64,000 nucleotides of DNA from Lama glama (lineage: Eukaryota). Numbering within the stretch: position 1 is the stretch's first letter; the number at the start of each line of letters is the position of its first letter. The DNA lies in NCBI GenBank assembly GCA_028534125.1, contig CM052818.1, positions 7,256,001-7,320,000 on the forward strand, written 5' to 3'. Under the pieces are notes generated by a model. It did not search any database. It saw only the letters and a program-made list of their open reading frames with translations, and was not told the origin of the DNA. Below, piece after piece: positions 25,261 to 38,719 of the stretch. A program made the position numbers and the translations under genes.

Positions 25261-27229
25261 ATCATCACATTTGAATTTTCACCAAGTCTGTGGTTAAATC
25301 ATAATCTACCCTTAACAAAACCTAAGCCAATGTTTGCTTATTTGGCTCATTCACATGACTCTGTAGAAGGTCACTGAAAGATTAAGTCATTTAAGAAAAT
25401 ATTGCTAACCACGTTAAAGATATATGAAGTTGACTTTACTTCTAATTTCTATAACTAATCCTTAGAAAATATGAAACAATGCCTAAAACTGAAGGACTGA
25501 GACCATAATCCCTGAATCAACTCATGAGATCAGTGGTAGTTCTGTTAAAAGAAAGTTTTGGGCTGCGTCTTCTGTGCCGGGTCCTGGCTCTGCCCCAGAG
25601 CCCACGCCCCCAGGAGCCGGCGTGTGTGTGCGTGTGCGCGCACGCACGTGTGTAGCAGGCTCCGTGCAATCGCTGTACATACGTCGCGGCTGGACAGGTT
25701 CTGGCGCCCCGCCATGGGCACCGGTCCCTGCATCACAACACTCAAGAAGGAGAAAAAAAAAAAAAGGAGATGGAAATTTTGAAGTGGAACAGGACATGCA
25801 ACCCAGAAGTTATAACCAGTACCTTGAAGTATACTGGCTGCAGATACTTTCAAATTAGAGGAAAGATCACAAGAAGAAAAGCTTCTAAGATAGGTGCCTG
25901 GTTGGGACAGAAAGGATTCTACATGTTCCACTAGGAAAGAGTTAATCTGACCAACACTCTACCGTCCACCACTCAAAGTGTTAACAAAGATCCATGAGCT
26001 CACGTTTGGTAGTAGCGGTGGGGTCTCTAACAGGCCCTCTGGGGAATCTCCCAGAATCAACCATTGACAGTTCCTTCCAAACAAGCTAAAAAACTCACCA
26101 GAGAGGAAATTTCCATCTTTTACAGGACACCAGTCCAGGTGCATCAATGTGAACATCAACCTTCAAGGCCAGATAATACTTCTAGATGATATGATCCAGC
26201 TTTACCAAGGACCCTTCACTCCAAACTTATTTTTATAGGGACTGGGATGGAGGTGGATGGAGGTGGAGGGTGGTGGTGAAGAACACAAGCAGGAAAGGTA
26301 GTGGCGAAAAAAGGGAAAAGGAAGACAAACAACTGTATCTGAAGTCATGCTACTGATTTAAACAGCACAAAGCACACTAGCAAGGCTTAGTTAATGGATC
26401 ACACACATACACAAAATCATTACCTTTCTACCACACTATGTTTGAGGTTTATAATTAATGACTTGTTAAATCATTTGGGTGAGTGAAAAAAAAATCTGCA
26501 TTTTCTTTAGAAAAATGAATGGAAGTATTACATAAGCAATTAACAACATCAATTTGCATTACAAACGCTGCCTATTATTGTAGTTGTTCGAATTATTCAA
26601 ATCTTTACTATAATACCCTCATGGGGATTTTAAGATACTATCAGAATGTACTGTCAACTACTCTAACCAGCCTACATTCCTGCTTAAGAATCAACTTTGT
26701 CATAAAGAAACAAAGGAACCTTTCTTCTGAGCCATATGAAAATTTAAGTTTTAGTTAATTTTTTGGTTTTCACTACTACATCTAGAGATGACTGAACCAT
26801 GGTGTCACAAAAGTTTTCATGCTTCTAAAATGTAAACTCCACAAAAACGATAATTTTCTTCCCTCTTTTTGAGTGGGTTGTCCTCAGCATATTAGTTCAA
26901 TGGCGGCTAACAAACAGAGAGAGGCCCTAAGAATAGAAGCATTTACTAAAGAATTGGAAAGGTAGTGGTGTTTGTTTTTAGGACTATCATCATTCTTTTA
27001 ACATAGGCTGCAAACTTCAAGGCTACTTAAATCAAACTTCTACAGCTCCCCAAGGCTGAGTATTTTTCAGAGATCTCATAATTCCTTAGAACTCACCAAT
27101 TTAAAAACAAAACCCCAAGACATCATTGACATCAACTGTACTAATAGTATGCGGTATTATTTAAAATATCTGTTAAATAAACAGTATATTCCACATACTC
27201 ATTCTCTGCTTACATCAAAAACAATATTA

Positions 27230-27420
27230 ATATTTATTCAGCACTTACCATGAGTCAATACTATGTGAAAAGCGCTCATGAATTACTTCATTTAGTCCTC
27301 AGAGGACACTATGGTATGAGGCAGGAATTATTTTCTTCATTTTACAGATGAAAAAATAAAAGCTTAAAGAAGTTTAAAAAAAAATCCCTCACTGTAGTAT
27401 AACTAGTAAGTGGTGACTCA
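27230..27420 (-). mobile_element. MIR remnant
   Basis: tatttattcagcacttac...tcatttagtcctc...cattttacagatgaaaaaa. Confidence 0.65.
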
Positions 27421-28449
27421 GTCACAAGCTAATAAAATATTTGAAAAATGTCTTAGTGCAGAAATAACTGACAGCAAATATCAGAATTATGAGTCTTCCC
27501 TAAAAGGTTTCTAAGTTGTTCACAAAAAGTTTCTGAAACTTCCACAGTAATTTGGAAGGAGAAAAAAAGATGCTTACAAACTAAGATGAAGAAAGTGTAA
27601 TGAACAAAAATGCCAAGAAATGCATCTCTTGTTTCAATATTAATAATGTACATAGTGGTAAAATATGCGGTAAACAGTTAGATAAGCAGCAAAATATCTT
27701 TATACCTAAGCTGATCACCCTCAGAAGGCTAGATCGCCAAAAGGGACAAGGAAATTATCTTCCCTGGTTTTGATGTCAGGACGATTCACGAAAGTACAAA
27801 TATTCCATATGTAATATAAATGACAAAGTGAGCAGCACCACCACCTCACTCTTCAATAAATGTTGCTAAATATCAATAAGAGTTATTATTTTATAGAAGC
27901 TGGTTTTCAAAAATTCATAGGAAAGAGCATTTCCTTCACTGTATATTTTAACCTTTTACACAAATCCATAAGGTATTTTACTCATATTTTTATGGTTTCA
28001 TGGTAAAAATTAAACAAGATAAATAAAAACATTAGAAACTATTTTACCTTTAACTCATTATATCAACTGACCATATTTAAGAGTTTACTAGCTATTTTTC
28101 CCAAAAGGTACTTCAACTTGACATTGAATAAATGACCCCGCATAACTGTTGATAACAAAGGCAACAAAATAGAAGCAGCCACGAGGACAGTGTCAGCCCT
28201 TAGAAAACTGTGTTTTCCTCTAGTACCCTCTGCTCTTACATAGCTGCAGAATAAATTAGCCATTCTAATTTTCTACCCTAGTATCCCTGAAACTTTACAT
28301 TGAAAATAGAATCTAAAAGCAGGAACTACTTCAATTTCATGCCCCTTCACTAAAATCTTGCCTACATCCGCAGTACAGTCTACGGATAACCCCAGATCTC
28401 CTGTTTTCTTTTTCAATTGCTTGCTCCGGGTGCTTCTGAATTTCTCCAT

Positions 28450-28720
28450 TACTATTGATGCTTTCTCATCAGCCCGTAAAATATTCAAGAATCTTCCATC
28501 CTCAAACAAATCAGAGCAAAACAAAACAAACCCCTCCCTTCCGTGCCCTTTTAGCTCTCCTCCTCCTCCTCACCACCAAGCTTGTTGAAAGGGCCCTATC
28601 TGTTCACTATATCTACTTCCCAAGCTCCCACCCCCTCCTCAACCCAGCACAATCTGGCTTCCATCCTACCGCTCCACGGAAACTGCTCTTACAAGAGTTA
28701 CTTTACTTGAGCTCAAAAGA
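28450..28720 (+). mobile_element. L2 LINE ORF2 remnant
   Basis: Conceptual translation LLNPAQSGFHP, followed after a frameshift by STETAL, matches the L2/CR1 reverse-transcriptase motif QSGFRPxHSTETAL. Confidence 0.65.
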
Positions 28721-29106
28721 CTAGAAAGGTCATGCAGGCACAGGCCTCTCTTGTTGACCACTGCATCCTTAGGGCCTGGCTCACAGCAGGAACTGAATGC
28801 ACTATTTTTGCTCTTGTTGGGGGCATTCGGCCCTCTGACCCTTCCTGAGCTCCCCCCTCCTCCACACCCCTGCTGTATTTCTATAACCCTAGCTCCGGTC
28901 CCCTCCTGCTCCCCCAAGTAAGTTAGGAAGCATCTAAGTTCAATCAAGGTAAGAAGTGTGGTCTAAGAGAGGCTGGCCTGAAATTTGACACATGTGAAAA
29001 AAAACAAATCCAGTCCTTTGTGCTGCAACCTGTCTGAGGAAAGAATGGGTGGAGAGGAACAGTACTTACAAGCAAGCTTGGGGGTGAAGGGGGACAGCCA
29101 AAGGAC

Positions 29107-29188
29107 AAAAATGTGTTCATGCGTGTTTAAAAGACCAGCTGACATAAAAAAATGTGTTCATGCGTGTTTAAAAGGCCAGCTGACATAA
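29107..29188. repeat. 41-bp tandem duplication (2 copies, 1 mismatch)
   Basis: aaaaatgtgttcatgcgtgtttaaaag(a/g)ccagctgacataa occurs twice. Confidence 0.95.
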
Positions 29189-30532
29189 ATAAATCTGCTT
29201 CAGTTTGAGGCAGTTTCTCAGCATAGTAGAGGTGTCAGCCAGTGTCACCAGTGCGTGACGCTACTCAGGACAGTCAACTAATTTCCCTTGTTCTTGGTTT
29301 CTGCTCCCAGCAACCTTCATCAGGACTTCATGTAAAATTCCCCACAGACTCTGCCATCAGCTGACATGCTCTGAAAGAAATTTCTTGCTGTAAAGTTTTA
29401 AATTAGCTTTCTGGTAAAGACTGGGGAGTTAAACCTCAAGAGTCTAGGGTATTCTGGGAAAAACAAACAAACTCAAAAACCCCCAAACCCTACTTTATGG
29501 GCTTTCAAAACTAAAGACACCACTTTAGTCTGTAACTATTTTATGTATACCTTGTCCAGCTCTTGGCAGCTGCCCTTTTACTGACAGTGTTACTCTATAT
29601 CATAAATGCCTGCCATGAGAGCAACTAACCTTTCACAGAAAAAAAAAAATCTAGCAAGTTATAAAATTGCAACCAAACGCAGTTAGATTTCAATTATCTG
29701 AGCTAATGAGAAAGAAAGCAACATCCTAGATAATCTAAAATTCACAAATTTGGCCTTAAAATATGACCTATGTAACAGCAGATTTACCTCACAAATTATC
29801 TTTCCTGAGTACTATTAGTTTTACTTTAATTTGTTCCCTGCCTACCCATCAATTGAGTAGATGACCTAGAGACATGTGAGGTAACAGAAGGAAACAAGAC
29901 AATGAACAGGCTTAAAAAAATAATCATAAATTATCCACAGACAGTAACATATAATGGCATTCTTGGGGTGAATTATCATAAAACAAAAGCTTTGCATGTC
30001 TGAGAAATCAAACGTAAACACATTCCAAAACAGTGCTCATGAGTGCATGCATGTGTGTTATATACAGGTAATACCACAAGTGGATCCACCTATACTGATA
30101 ACTTCATGGGAATTCCTTCAGTTATTTCCAAGACAAACAGATTCCTAGCTAGGTGACCTTTTAATGGTGGTGGTGTTTGTTTAAAGTTTTACTTTCCCCT
30201 GAGAAGTAGAAAGACTAAAGGGTAAAAAGAAGAAGAAAAAAAAAAAACAGGTAACATTTATTATATGCAATGTACTATTATATCTTTGGTTAGAAATCAT
30301 TTGAGAATTAGCCTAGCCTGTCATATAAAGCAGAATTTTTCAAAGTCCCCCCCACCTCATAACTCACATTAGAAATAAATACATTAAAATGAAAAATTTC
30401 ACTAAACAGTATACACTCTGTGTACTCTTGATATTTTTAATTCTATTTCATTTTTTCTTAAAAGCTGGTCATGATCCCCTAAATCCATTTTACAAACTAG
30501 AAATAGATCATAACCCAAAGTAAAAAAAAATT

Positions 30533-30607
30533 GGAGGGGAATACTCAGTGGTAGAGTGCATGCTTAGCATGCATGAGGTCCTGGGTTTGATCCCCATTAA
30601 AAAAAAA
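30533..30607 (+). mobile_element. tRNA-Ala-derived SINE (Vic-1-like)
   Basis: ctcagtggtagagtgcatgcttagcatgcatgaggtcctgggtttgatcccc plus A-tail. Confidence 0.8.
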
Positions 30608-31729
30608 GGGGGGGTGTCTGACACAAAGGATACTAAAGAATTTAGAGAAAATGAACAAAATTAACATCAACTCCCCCCCAATATTATTAATATCATTGAA
30701 GTTAGGAGGTGGGTCCTTCCATACAGGTGCTGTAAATACAGGGGCTGTGAACAGTGTCAGGTGATTAAATTAAAAACAAGCTGTGAAACTTGTCCAGGGT
30801 TTTTACCTTTAAATTGTGTAAGCAGTACAATTTAGGGCAACTTAAAACTTCTGCAGTATTTCTACTCTGGGTATTTTCTAAGACATTTTTGTCCTATGAT
30901 CAACTTTACAAGAATAACTCATTTTATAAAATGACTCATTTTATAGTCTTGAAGCCATTGCTTAAAGTTTACATAAGAAGCAAAAAGAAAAAAATTCAAT
31001 CAAAATATTTCTGTATAAAATCTTAACACAGAAACTGTGTTGGCAATGTCATTATGTCTACAACAATGATAAGAACTATTTGTATTCATCAATTTTCTTC
31101 AAGTTTGATCCACCTCACAATACTATCATTCTCTTTCCTTCTGATCCACTTCCTCTAAGTCCAATTATTGCTCCCAGCATATAAGAAGAGGAAACAGAGC
31201 TTCTTTTAAAACAAAGAACTCCTTGATCTGGTGCTTACAAGGACAAAATGCATTCTTAAATTACATTACTTGAATGAACCAAGTAATCTGATAAAATGAA
31301 AAGTGTTCCCTTTCTCTTTATAGAATTTTGTATAAAAGTAATAAAAAATATTTATTTTTCAAATTCATACTACCATCCATCTAGGAAGCAAGCCATTTTA
31401 AAGATAAAATTAAAGATACTATTTTGGTGGGAATATATACTGGTTCACATATTCCAAGCAATTTAGTAATACATCAAAAATTTTAATGCTCTTTTTTTTG
31501 ACTAAACAATTTCATCTACAAGAATGTATTCTACAGATGCATTCATAAGCAAAGATTTTTCCCAAAAAATGTTAACTTCTGCATTGTTTGTTTTTAAAGA
31601 AGCAACTAAAAACAAATATCTATCAATAAGGAATTAGGGTAAATATAAAGTATAGCCATTAAAAAAGGTAAAGCTATGTTACTAATTGTGAAAGGCGTCT
31701 AAAACACATTTTCAAGTGAAAAAGCCTTC

Positions 31730-32200
31730 TGATGAGGTATTCTCTCTGGATTCTCCACCTATCATATCCTTTATTTCTCCTCCGTCAGCGGATCTGTTTC
31801 TTCTGCTTGCCTTGTAAGTTGTCCATGTTCCCCAGGCCTTGGCTTCATTATATTCTTATCCTTGAGAGATCTTTTACCCCTTTTGTTTGGTATTGTATGT
31901 TTTTAATGCCCAAACCTCTATCTGTGGCTGCCCAACTTCTGCCTACCCAATGCCTCTTTGAATATCTCTACCTGGATGTCCCAAATACATCTCATATTCT
32001 CCAATTCCCAAACTGAAGTCAACCTCTACTCAAAGAACAAACAGAAACCCCTTGTCAGATTATCTCCGACTGCTCCCTCTTTTCCATCGCCCTCACTCAA
32101 ATTAAATTAACTACAAATAAAGTCCTTCACATCTCCTACTATATTTAACATCCCACGACAATTGCTGTTATTTCAGAGTCTCATTATTTTTGGCCAGGAT
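31730..32200 (+). mobile_element. L2 remnant
   Basis: Pyrimidine-rich, with atatctctacctggatgtccc...catctca, typical of L2. Confidence 0.5.
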
Positions 32201-34989
32201 TCCTGTAATTCACTTGAAACTCAATTTTATTTCAGCCATGCTGGCTAAGAGAGTCCCTCTTTTCTACAGACAAGACTACTTCCTGGTTCCTCCATCGGCA
32301 CCACGTTACCTCCAGGTTGTCACATACGGTCTTTCTTCTAATTTACAATTCTTATTGATCCACAGAATTCATTTACTAAGCCTTCAAAACCCTATTCAGG
32401 CGTAGAGTTTTCTGTGAAGTGGTATCACCAATATTTATCAAGTTATTATATGATAGAAACTGTGCAAGGTGCTTATTCATACACTATCCAATTTAATCTC
32501 AACTATCCATTTTTAAAGGAACAGGCTCAGAGACATCAAAACACCTGCTCAAGGTCCCACAAAGAGTAACTACGGAAAGTAGGGCTATAATATTAAAGAT
32601 ATATGTTCTTTTCATTACGTCAGGTTGCTTGTCTGAATTACTTCTTCTATATATCTGTATTTTATTACATTTAACACAGTGAATCAAATTTATTTCCGTG
32701 TTTTTTCTCCCCTAGCTATGAACCAATGCGTCTCAATCTTTGTAGTTTTTTCTTTTAAATAAAAAGGTGGACGTGAATATCTGCATTAAAAAAAAAGTTT
32801 CAAAGATAATTCTGATGGTAGGTGAAGGTTAAGAATCACTGTGTTAATTTTCCAGAGGATATAAATACTACTGAACTTTATAATTGGGTTATATAATATA
32901 AATATCTCTAAACTTCACTGTTGAACTCATACGTAAATCAATGAAAAAGTACTTTTTCTTATAAAAAGTTTTCCCTTACTTACAATTTGATTGTACAAAT
33001 ATTTCTTAAAGTACACATACCTGAGAATGTGTACTCATTCTGTCAGTACACATACCTGAGAATATCACTATGAAATTTAACACTCGTAAGATTTCAAAAA
33101 GGAGTTCATGTTAAATAGTCAATACTTTGCTTGAAAATGAAACTTAGAAAATTTCCTTAAAGGATCAAATTTAAACTACTGCAATAATCCTTGAAACATT
33201 TATAATTATGCAGACAATTTAAATGTTTTTAGAATTCTTGGGAAAAAATAAAACCATGTTTAAAAATTAATCACAGATTCACTCGTGTACATCTTTATGA
33301 GACCACATCTTAATGAATCAGTTTTTCAGTTTTCACTTGTTGAACACTAAGAAATGAACATGTGAACAGCAGCAACAATAGCAATGTTTCTCCACTTCCA
33401 GAAACCAAAGTCACTGGTAATCTGATTAAAAGCTGCATTTTTTATTTAGGTGTAACACTTGCACTGGGCTTCAATTAAACTTCTGAAACCTAATGAGACA
33501 GAAAGCTATCATCTGCTGGCTAATTATGATATAGAGAAATGAGTTTGAAATATGGAAAGGAGTAAGAAGAAATGGTGACTTAACTACAAGTAAAAAGTAA
33601 TGAACAGTCAAACATTCTCTTTGGGCTTCAGGTAAAAGAAAATTTGAATTTGATACCTGAATCTCTTGTATAATTTTTTTTTTAAGGAACAAAGATGCTA
33701 TTAAAAATATTCAGTGTAAAAAGAGTTAAATTATTTCTTAATGACAGGTTCATTACTTTTTATAAATAGCTACTAAAAACAAAAGCCTTAAGAAAATTAA
33801 TCAATGCTTCAGATTTTGAGTGTTGCTAAAAAAGAAGTGTTTTATCTGCAAATACTCCAGGTCAACACTTCTGCATTCACACAATTACAATAAGAGATGA
33901 GAAACCATGGCAAAACAGAAAATACTACAAAACATAAGCAATGACCAAGAAAATAACAACAAAAATACCCAATTGGGAGGGTGGGTGAGGCAGAAATACT
34001 ATTCATTTCACCCACTTAAAAAACTGGTCTCATTAAGATGTATGCAAACATTAAAGATCCTACTCCTGGAAGTCTTATTTTGAAAAGTATCATTTAAAGT
34101 TGGCATTTAGAGAATAAGATGTGGCTTAGGAATGATTTATATTACCTAAGAACAGAACTGTTAATTTTATTTAACGTAACATTGAAACTTAGGAATGTAG
34201 AGTATTTACAGTTATTACTCAGTTTATTGCTGGATATTTTACCTTGTTGTCCCCTTATGCTCATCTATCTTACTTTCTAACTGCTGAGCACTGTTTACAA
34301 AATTGAAAGTTCCTGGCACTTGTATATTCCAACACATCATGAGCAAATTGGGGTAATCTGACCTTTTTCTTTCTAACCCCATGTCTCCGTTTTTCCTTAT
34401 TGATTATGCTAGCTAATGCCTCCAATAGTAGTAGTGGTGATGAAAGGCATCTGGAATTCCTTCTTAAGATTCTGATTTTTGATTTGAGGTATGTATGTTT
34501 TATTATACTACAGAATTATCCAATAATTCTTATTTTAAGTTGCTGTGTCAAAAAAAAATCAGTAATGGAGTTTAAAAATGCCTTTTCAGTATTTATGGAG
34601 ATAATTACATCATTTTCCCTCAGATCTATTAATGTAGCAAAAACCAATACTTACTCCTAAGCATTATCAGCCTGTTTGATATGAGGGAAGTCCATTTTGT
34701 TTTCTATTGCAGGAAAAATGTATATTTCCAAATAATCAAATAAGAATTGTGTTAGATTATCTACTCAAGTACACATTAAGTCAAACATAAGTATTTAACT
34801 TGTTTGATCCAACTTATTCCTTACTTTCACTTTTACAAGTGGGCTTCAAAACAAACTGAAATTCTTACAAGTATTAAACAGACTTCAATTAGTAGCATAA
34901 GTTCTTTCAGGCTTCATCAGGCTCTGTTCTTACTCAACTCTCCCCTACACAATCTCAGCCACCTAAAGGCTTTAAGTGGCACATTTTAG

Positions 34990-35690
34990 GACTCCCAGAT
35001 TTTTCCCTGCAGCCCAGACCTCAAACCTGAACTCCAGTTTAGACTAGCCAATTCACTACAATCCTCTCCACTTGAATTCCTCAAAGACTTGGCTTAACAA
35101 GAACAGAGCTCAAGCTTTTCTTCCTCAAACCTGGTCCTCATCCAGGGCAAATGGCCTCAACACCTACCTAGTCACTAAGCCAGAAACTTCAGAGCCATCC
35201 TTGACAAAGCTCCCCACCCACCACTCTCTCTAAAGAATGATTTTTGTCTTATAAATGCCTCAACTTTCTAATACCTATACCTCTTTCCAACTCCTCTGAC
35301 TCCATTCTGGCCTAGGCTGTCATTATCTAAACTAGTCTCCCTGGTTAGTATTCAATCATGCCTGACCCAAGCAATTATGAAAAAAGTCAATCTGATCACA
35401 TCAATTCCCTGCTTGTGATAAAGATTTTTAAAAAATCTTTAATAAAGTCTAAGCCATTCTCACCTCTCCAGTCATGGACTCCTTCTCCCTTCCCCCATTG
35501 TTTTCAATGCTCTAAACTGGGCCATCTTTCAGGTTCTGAAAAGCAGACAATAACATTCTTTTGTGCCACAGGGCCTTTGCGACTGGCAGCCCTACTGCTT
35601 AAAACATGCTCACACATGCTTCAATTCTTAGGTAAAAATTAGATAAGGAATCAATTCCTCTAGTAAGTTTCCTAACATCCTCCCTCAACT
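34990..35690 (+). mobile_element. L2 remnant
   Basis: aagccagaaacttcagagccatccttgac...tctgatcacatcaattccctgctt...cagggcctttgc. Confidence 0.6.
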
Positions 35691-35695
35691 CATAC

Positions 35696-36423
35696 TGAGA
35701 CAGGAAGGAAGGGGGCAGGGCACAACCATTAAAAGAATGACACAGCAATTAGCACCAAGATGGTGGAACATTCAACTCCCAATAGACCTTGAGCTTCAAT
35801 ATACTCACTGAAATACAACAGCATCCTATCTAGCATTTTAATTAATTAATTAATTAATTAATTAAATGGCAGCAGTTTCAAAGCTGACCGTAAAAGGTCA
35901 GAAAGTGGGTGATGGCCCAATTCTTGAGAATCCCAGCCCCTTCCCCAAAGCAGTTGGAATAATCTTCCCACTTGTTGGCATATGAAGTTACTGAGCCCAT
36001 TAAAATTAATAACACCTCAGGGGTGATCTCATTCTTCCCAGCCAACCCCATGCTCTGGAGCCATGCTTCTAAGATAGCCTGCATTCTGCCTATGGAATGC
36101 ATATCTCCTAGGTCCTTCTCTTGCCTTTTGAGAAGGTCTGCACTCTGTCTATGGAGTGTGTATCTACTTTTATTTCAATTTACTTTAACCACACCACACT
36201 CCCTCCACCCAATGCCTCATGGCCTCTCTGGCCTTCTGAGAGCCCTCCATTCTGTGTATGAAATGTGTATCTCTCTGAATAAATCTACTTTTACTCGACT
36301 ATGGCTTGCTCTTGAATTCTTTCCTGTGCGAAGCCAAGACCTTCACTTGGCGGGGCGCATCCCAAGGACTCACCTGAGACCTGGGACATGGCCATCCTCT
36401 TGCACCCCATTTTTCCTGTATCA
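35696..36423 (+). mobile_element. ERV1-like solo LTR (about 730 bp), antisense to AFTPH
   Basis: TG...CA ends (tgagacagga ... tcctgtatca, imperfect inverted repeat), AATAAA near 36278, U5-like cttgaattctttcctgtgcgaagccaag, imperfect 4-bp TSD atac/ctac, internal (TTAA)n. Confidence 0.75.
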
Positions 36424-36671
36424 CTACTATACATAATTCTTTCAGAGCACAAGAACTGCAATAAGTTATAGTTTGTAATTAAAAACTTGTAATTTGAAAA
36501 ATGACTGTATACTATGAAGAACACACTTAAAAGCTTAAAAGTAGGAATTTTAAGAAATCTATTTTAAATTTCTAAAATTAGGTAATTTAAAAAAAACTAC
36601 TTTCTAAAACAATGAAGTTATCTTGTATTTCTTGTCCATAGATAAAAATAAGTCAACATCATGCTCTAGAG

Positions 36672-36945
36672 CAGCACTGTCCAATCGAAATAAAATAAAG
36701 CCACATATACATTGTAAAATTCCCCAGTAGCCAATTAAAAAGGCAACAGGTGAAATTAATTATATTTTACTTAACCCAAAGTATCCAAATCACTATTATT
36801 TTAACATGTAATCAATGTTAAATTTATATTTTACATTAGTTTGTGAAATCTGGTGTGCATTTTACACTTGACGCACATCTTACTTTGGACTAGCTTTATT
36901 TAAAGTGCCACATGTGGCTAGTGGCTTCCGTACTGCACAACACAG
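36672..36945. mobile_element. MER33/MER3-like hAT-Charlie element
   Basis: cagcactgtccaat ... gccacatgtggctagtggc...; 8-bp TSD ctctagag/ttctagaa matching the Charlie NTCTAGAN preference. Confidence 0.8.
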
Positions 36946-38569
36946 TTCTAGAAGATAATATTCTATTTCATGTACTTAAATAGCTTGTTAACAAAATCAG
37001 TTTTTTTTTAAAAAGCATGGCATTAAGCAATTTTAATTTCGTATCAACAAAGGTATGTCTCACCTTTCAAAACCCTTCAAAATGTTTAAATTATGCAAAC
37101 ATTCCACACTGCTGAAAAGCCTGAATTTAAAATAAAAATTCAGGTAAACAATTTTAAAACTGTATATTTATTGAGCATTTAAGGAGATTAAAGGAAGACA
37201 GGTGCTCTCACCCATTGCTGGTACAAATGATTTTATTACAACCTCTTAGAAAGCAACTGGCTTTCCCTTTGACTTAGTAACTTTATTTTTAAGACTCAGT
37301 CCTGTAGAAATAACCAAAGACAAAGATTTACCTACAAATTTGTTCACTGAGACACAATATGATTCATTCATACATGTATGTGTGTATGACACTCATATAT
37401 CCAAAGGGGAAAAAATAAAAATAAAGGTAAGCCAAAATGTTTATAGCTATTTCTTTGCAATGATGACTAATGACATATTTCTTCCATTATTCCTTTAAAT
37501 ACATAGTTACTGAGTGCTAGTCTGTCCCAGGCATTAAAACAAATGGATCTTTGCCATCAAGAGGCATACCAGATTTCTTTATACTTTACACATTTTCCAA
37601 ATTTTCTATAGTAAAAGTATATAATCCTTTCATAATTTTAATATACAGAAAAATAAGGAGTGGATACTGTTTTGGGCAAGTCAGCTGTAAAGGGACATTT
37701 TGGGGTCAACTGGGGAAGAATTTGAATATGGCTTTGAATATTAGTTTAGAGGAAAATTTCCTGAAATGGTAAGGGGGCAGGGGTCTAACTGACTAAAACA
37801 GAACAACCTACAAAAGTCTGTATGATAACACTTCACACTGGTAAAAAGTGCACATGTATAAAAACTGTAAGAATATATATATATGTATATATATTTATAA
37901 CTGAACCACTGTTGTATACTTGAAACACTGTGAATCAACTGTACTTCTATATTTATATATGTATATGTGTATATAAACTGTGTGGAAAGATATGCACTAA
38001 ACTGTTAACAGTGGGGACTTCAGGGTAATGGAAATGTAATTTTTTTTTTTTTGCTTTTCCATTTTCTACAATGCTTCTGTATGTTTCTGCAATAAAAGAC
38101 TATTTTTTAGAATTAAACTATATACACCTTGCATTTACTATATACAATAAATATTTCTAGGTTCTATAAGAGTCAGAACTGAGTCACAACCTTAAAGAAA
38201 TTTATAATTAGGAGAGAGAATATACAGTAAAAGTAATTAATACAAGGCAAAATATAAGCATCAAATGAAGTAAAATGTGGTTAAAAGGATTCTAAGAAAA
38301 AGATCTCACTTGATTGGGAAGAGTGATGAAAATGAGAAAAAAACTTCACAAAAGAGAATTTGAAACGGGAAGGATTTTAACTGACGGAGAAAACGGCAGG
38401 CACTAAAGATAAAGCATAGGGCAACTGTCAAAGAGCAGGAAGTCAAATTACAGCATGTTACACAGTCTGGCTAGATGTAGGATAGATGAAGGGAGTAGGC
38501 AGCATGCTGGGAAAGTAGGCTGAGAGGGTCTTGACTTTTCAGAAGGGAGTATGTATCTCTAAGTTGTTT

Positions 38570-38680
38570 TTTCTTTTTAATATTCTTTTCCATTATAGTT
38601 TATTATAGATATTGAATATAGTTCCCTGTGCCATATAGTATGACCTTGTTGTTCATCTATTTTAAATATAATAGTTTGTT
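38570..38680 (-). mobile_element. Short cetartiodactyl-type L1 3' fragment
   Basis: gatattgaatatagttccctgtgccatatagta...ccttgttg. Confidence 0.7.
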
Positions 38681-38719
38681 GTATGTCTAAGTTTTCTGAG
38701 TTTAGCAGTGGGGAAATTA

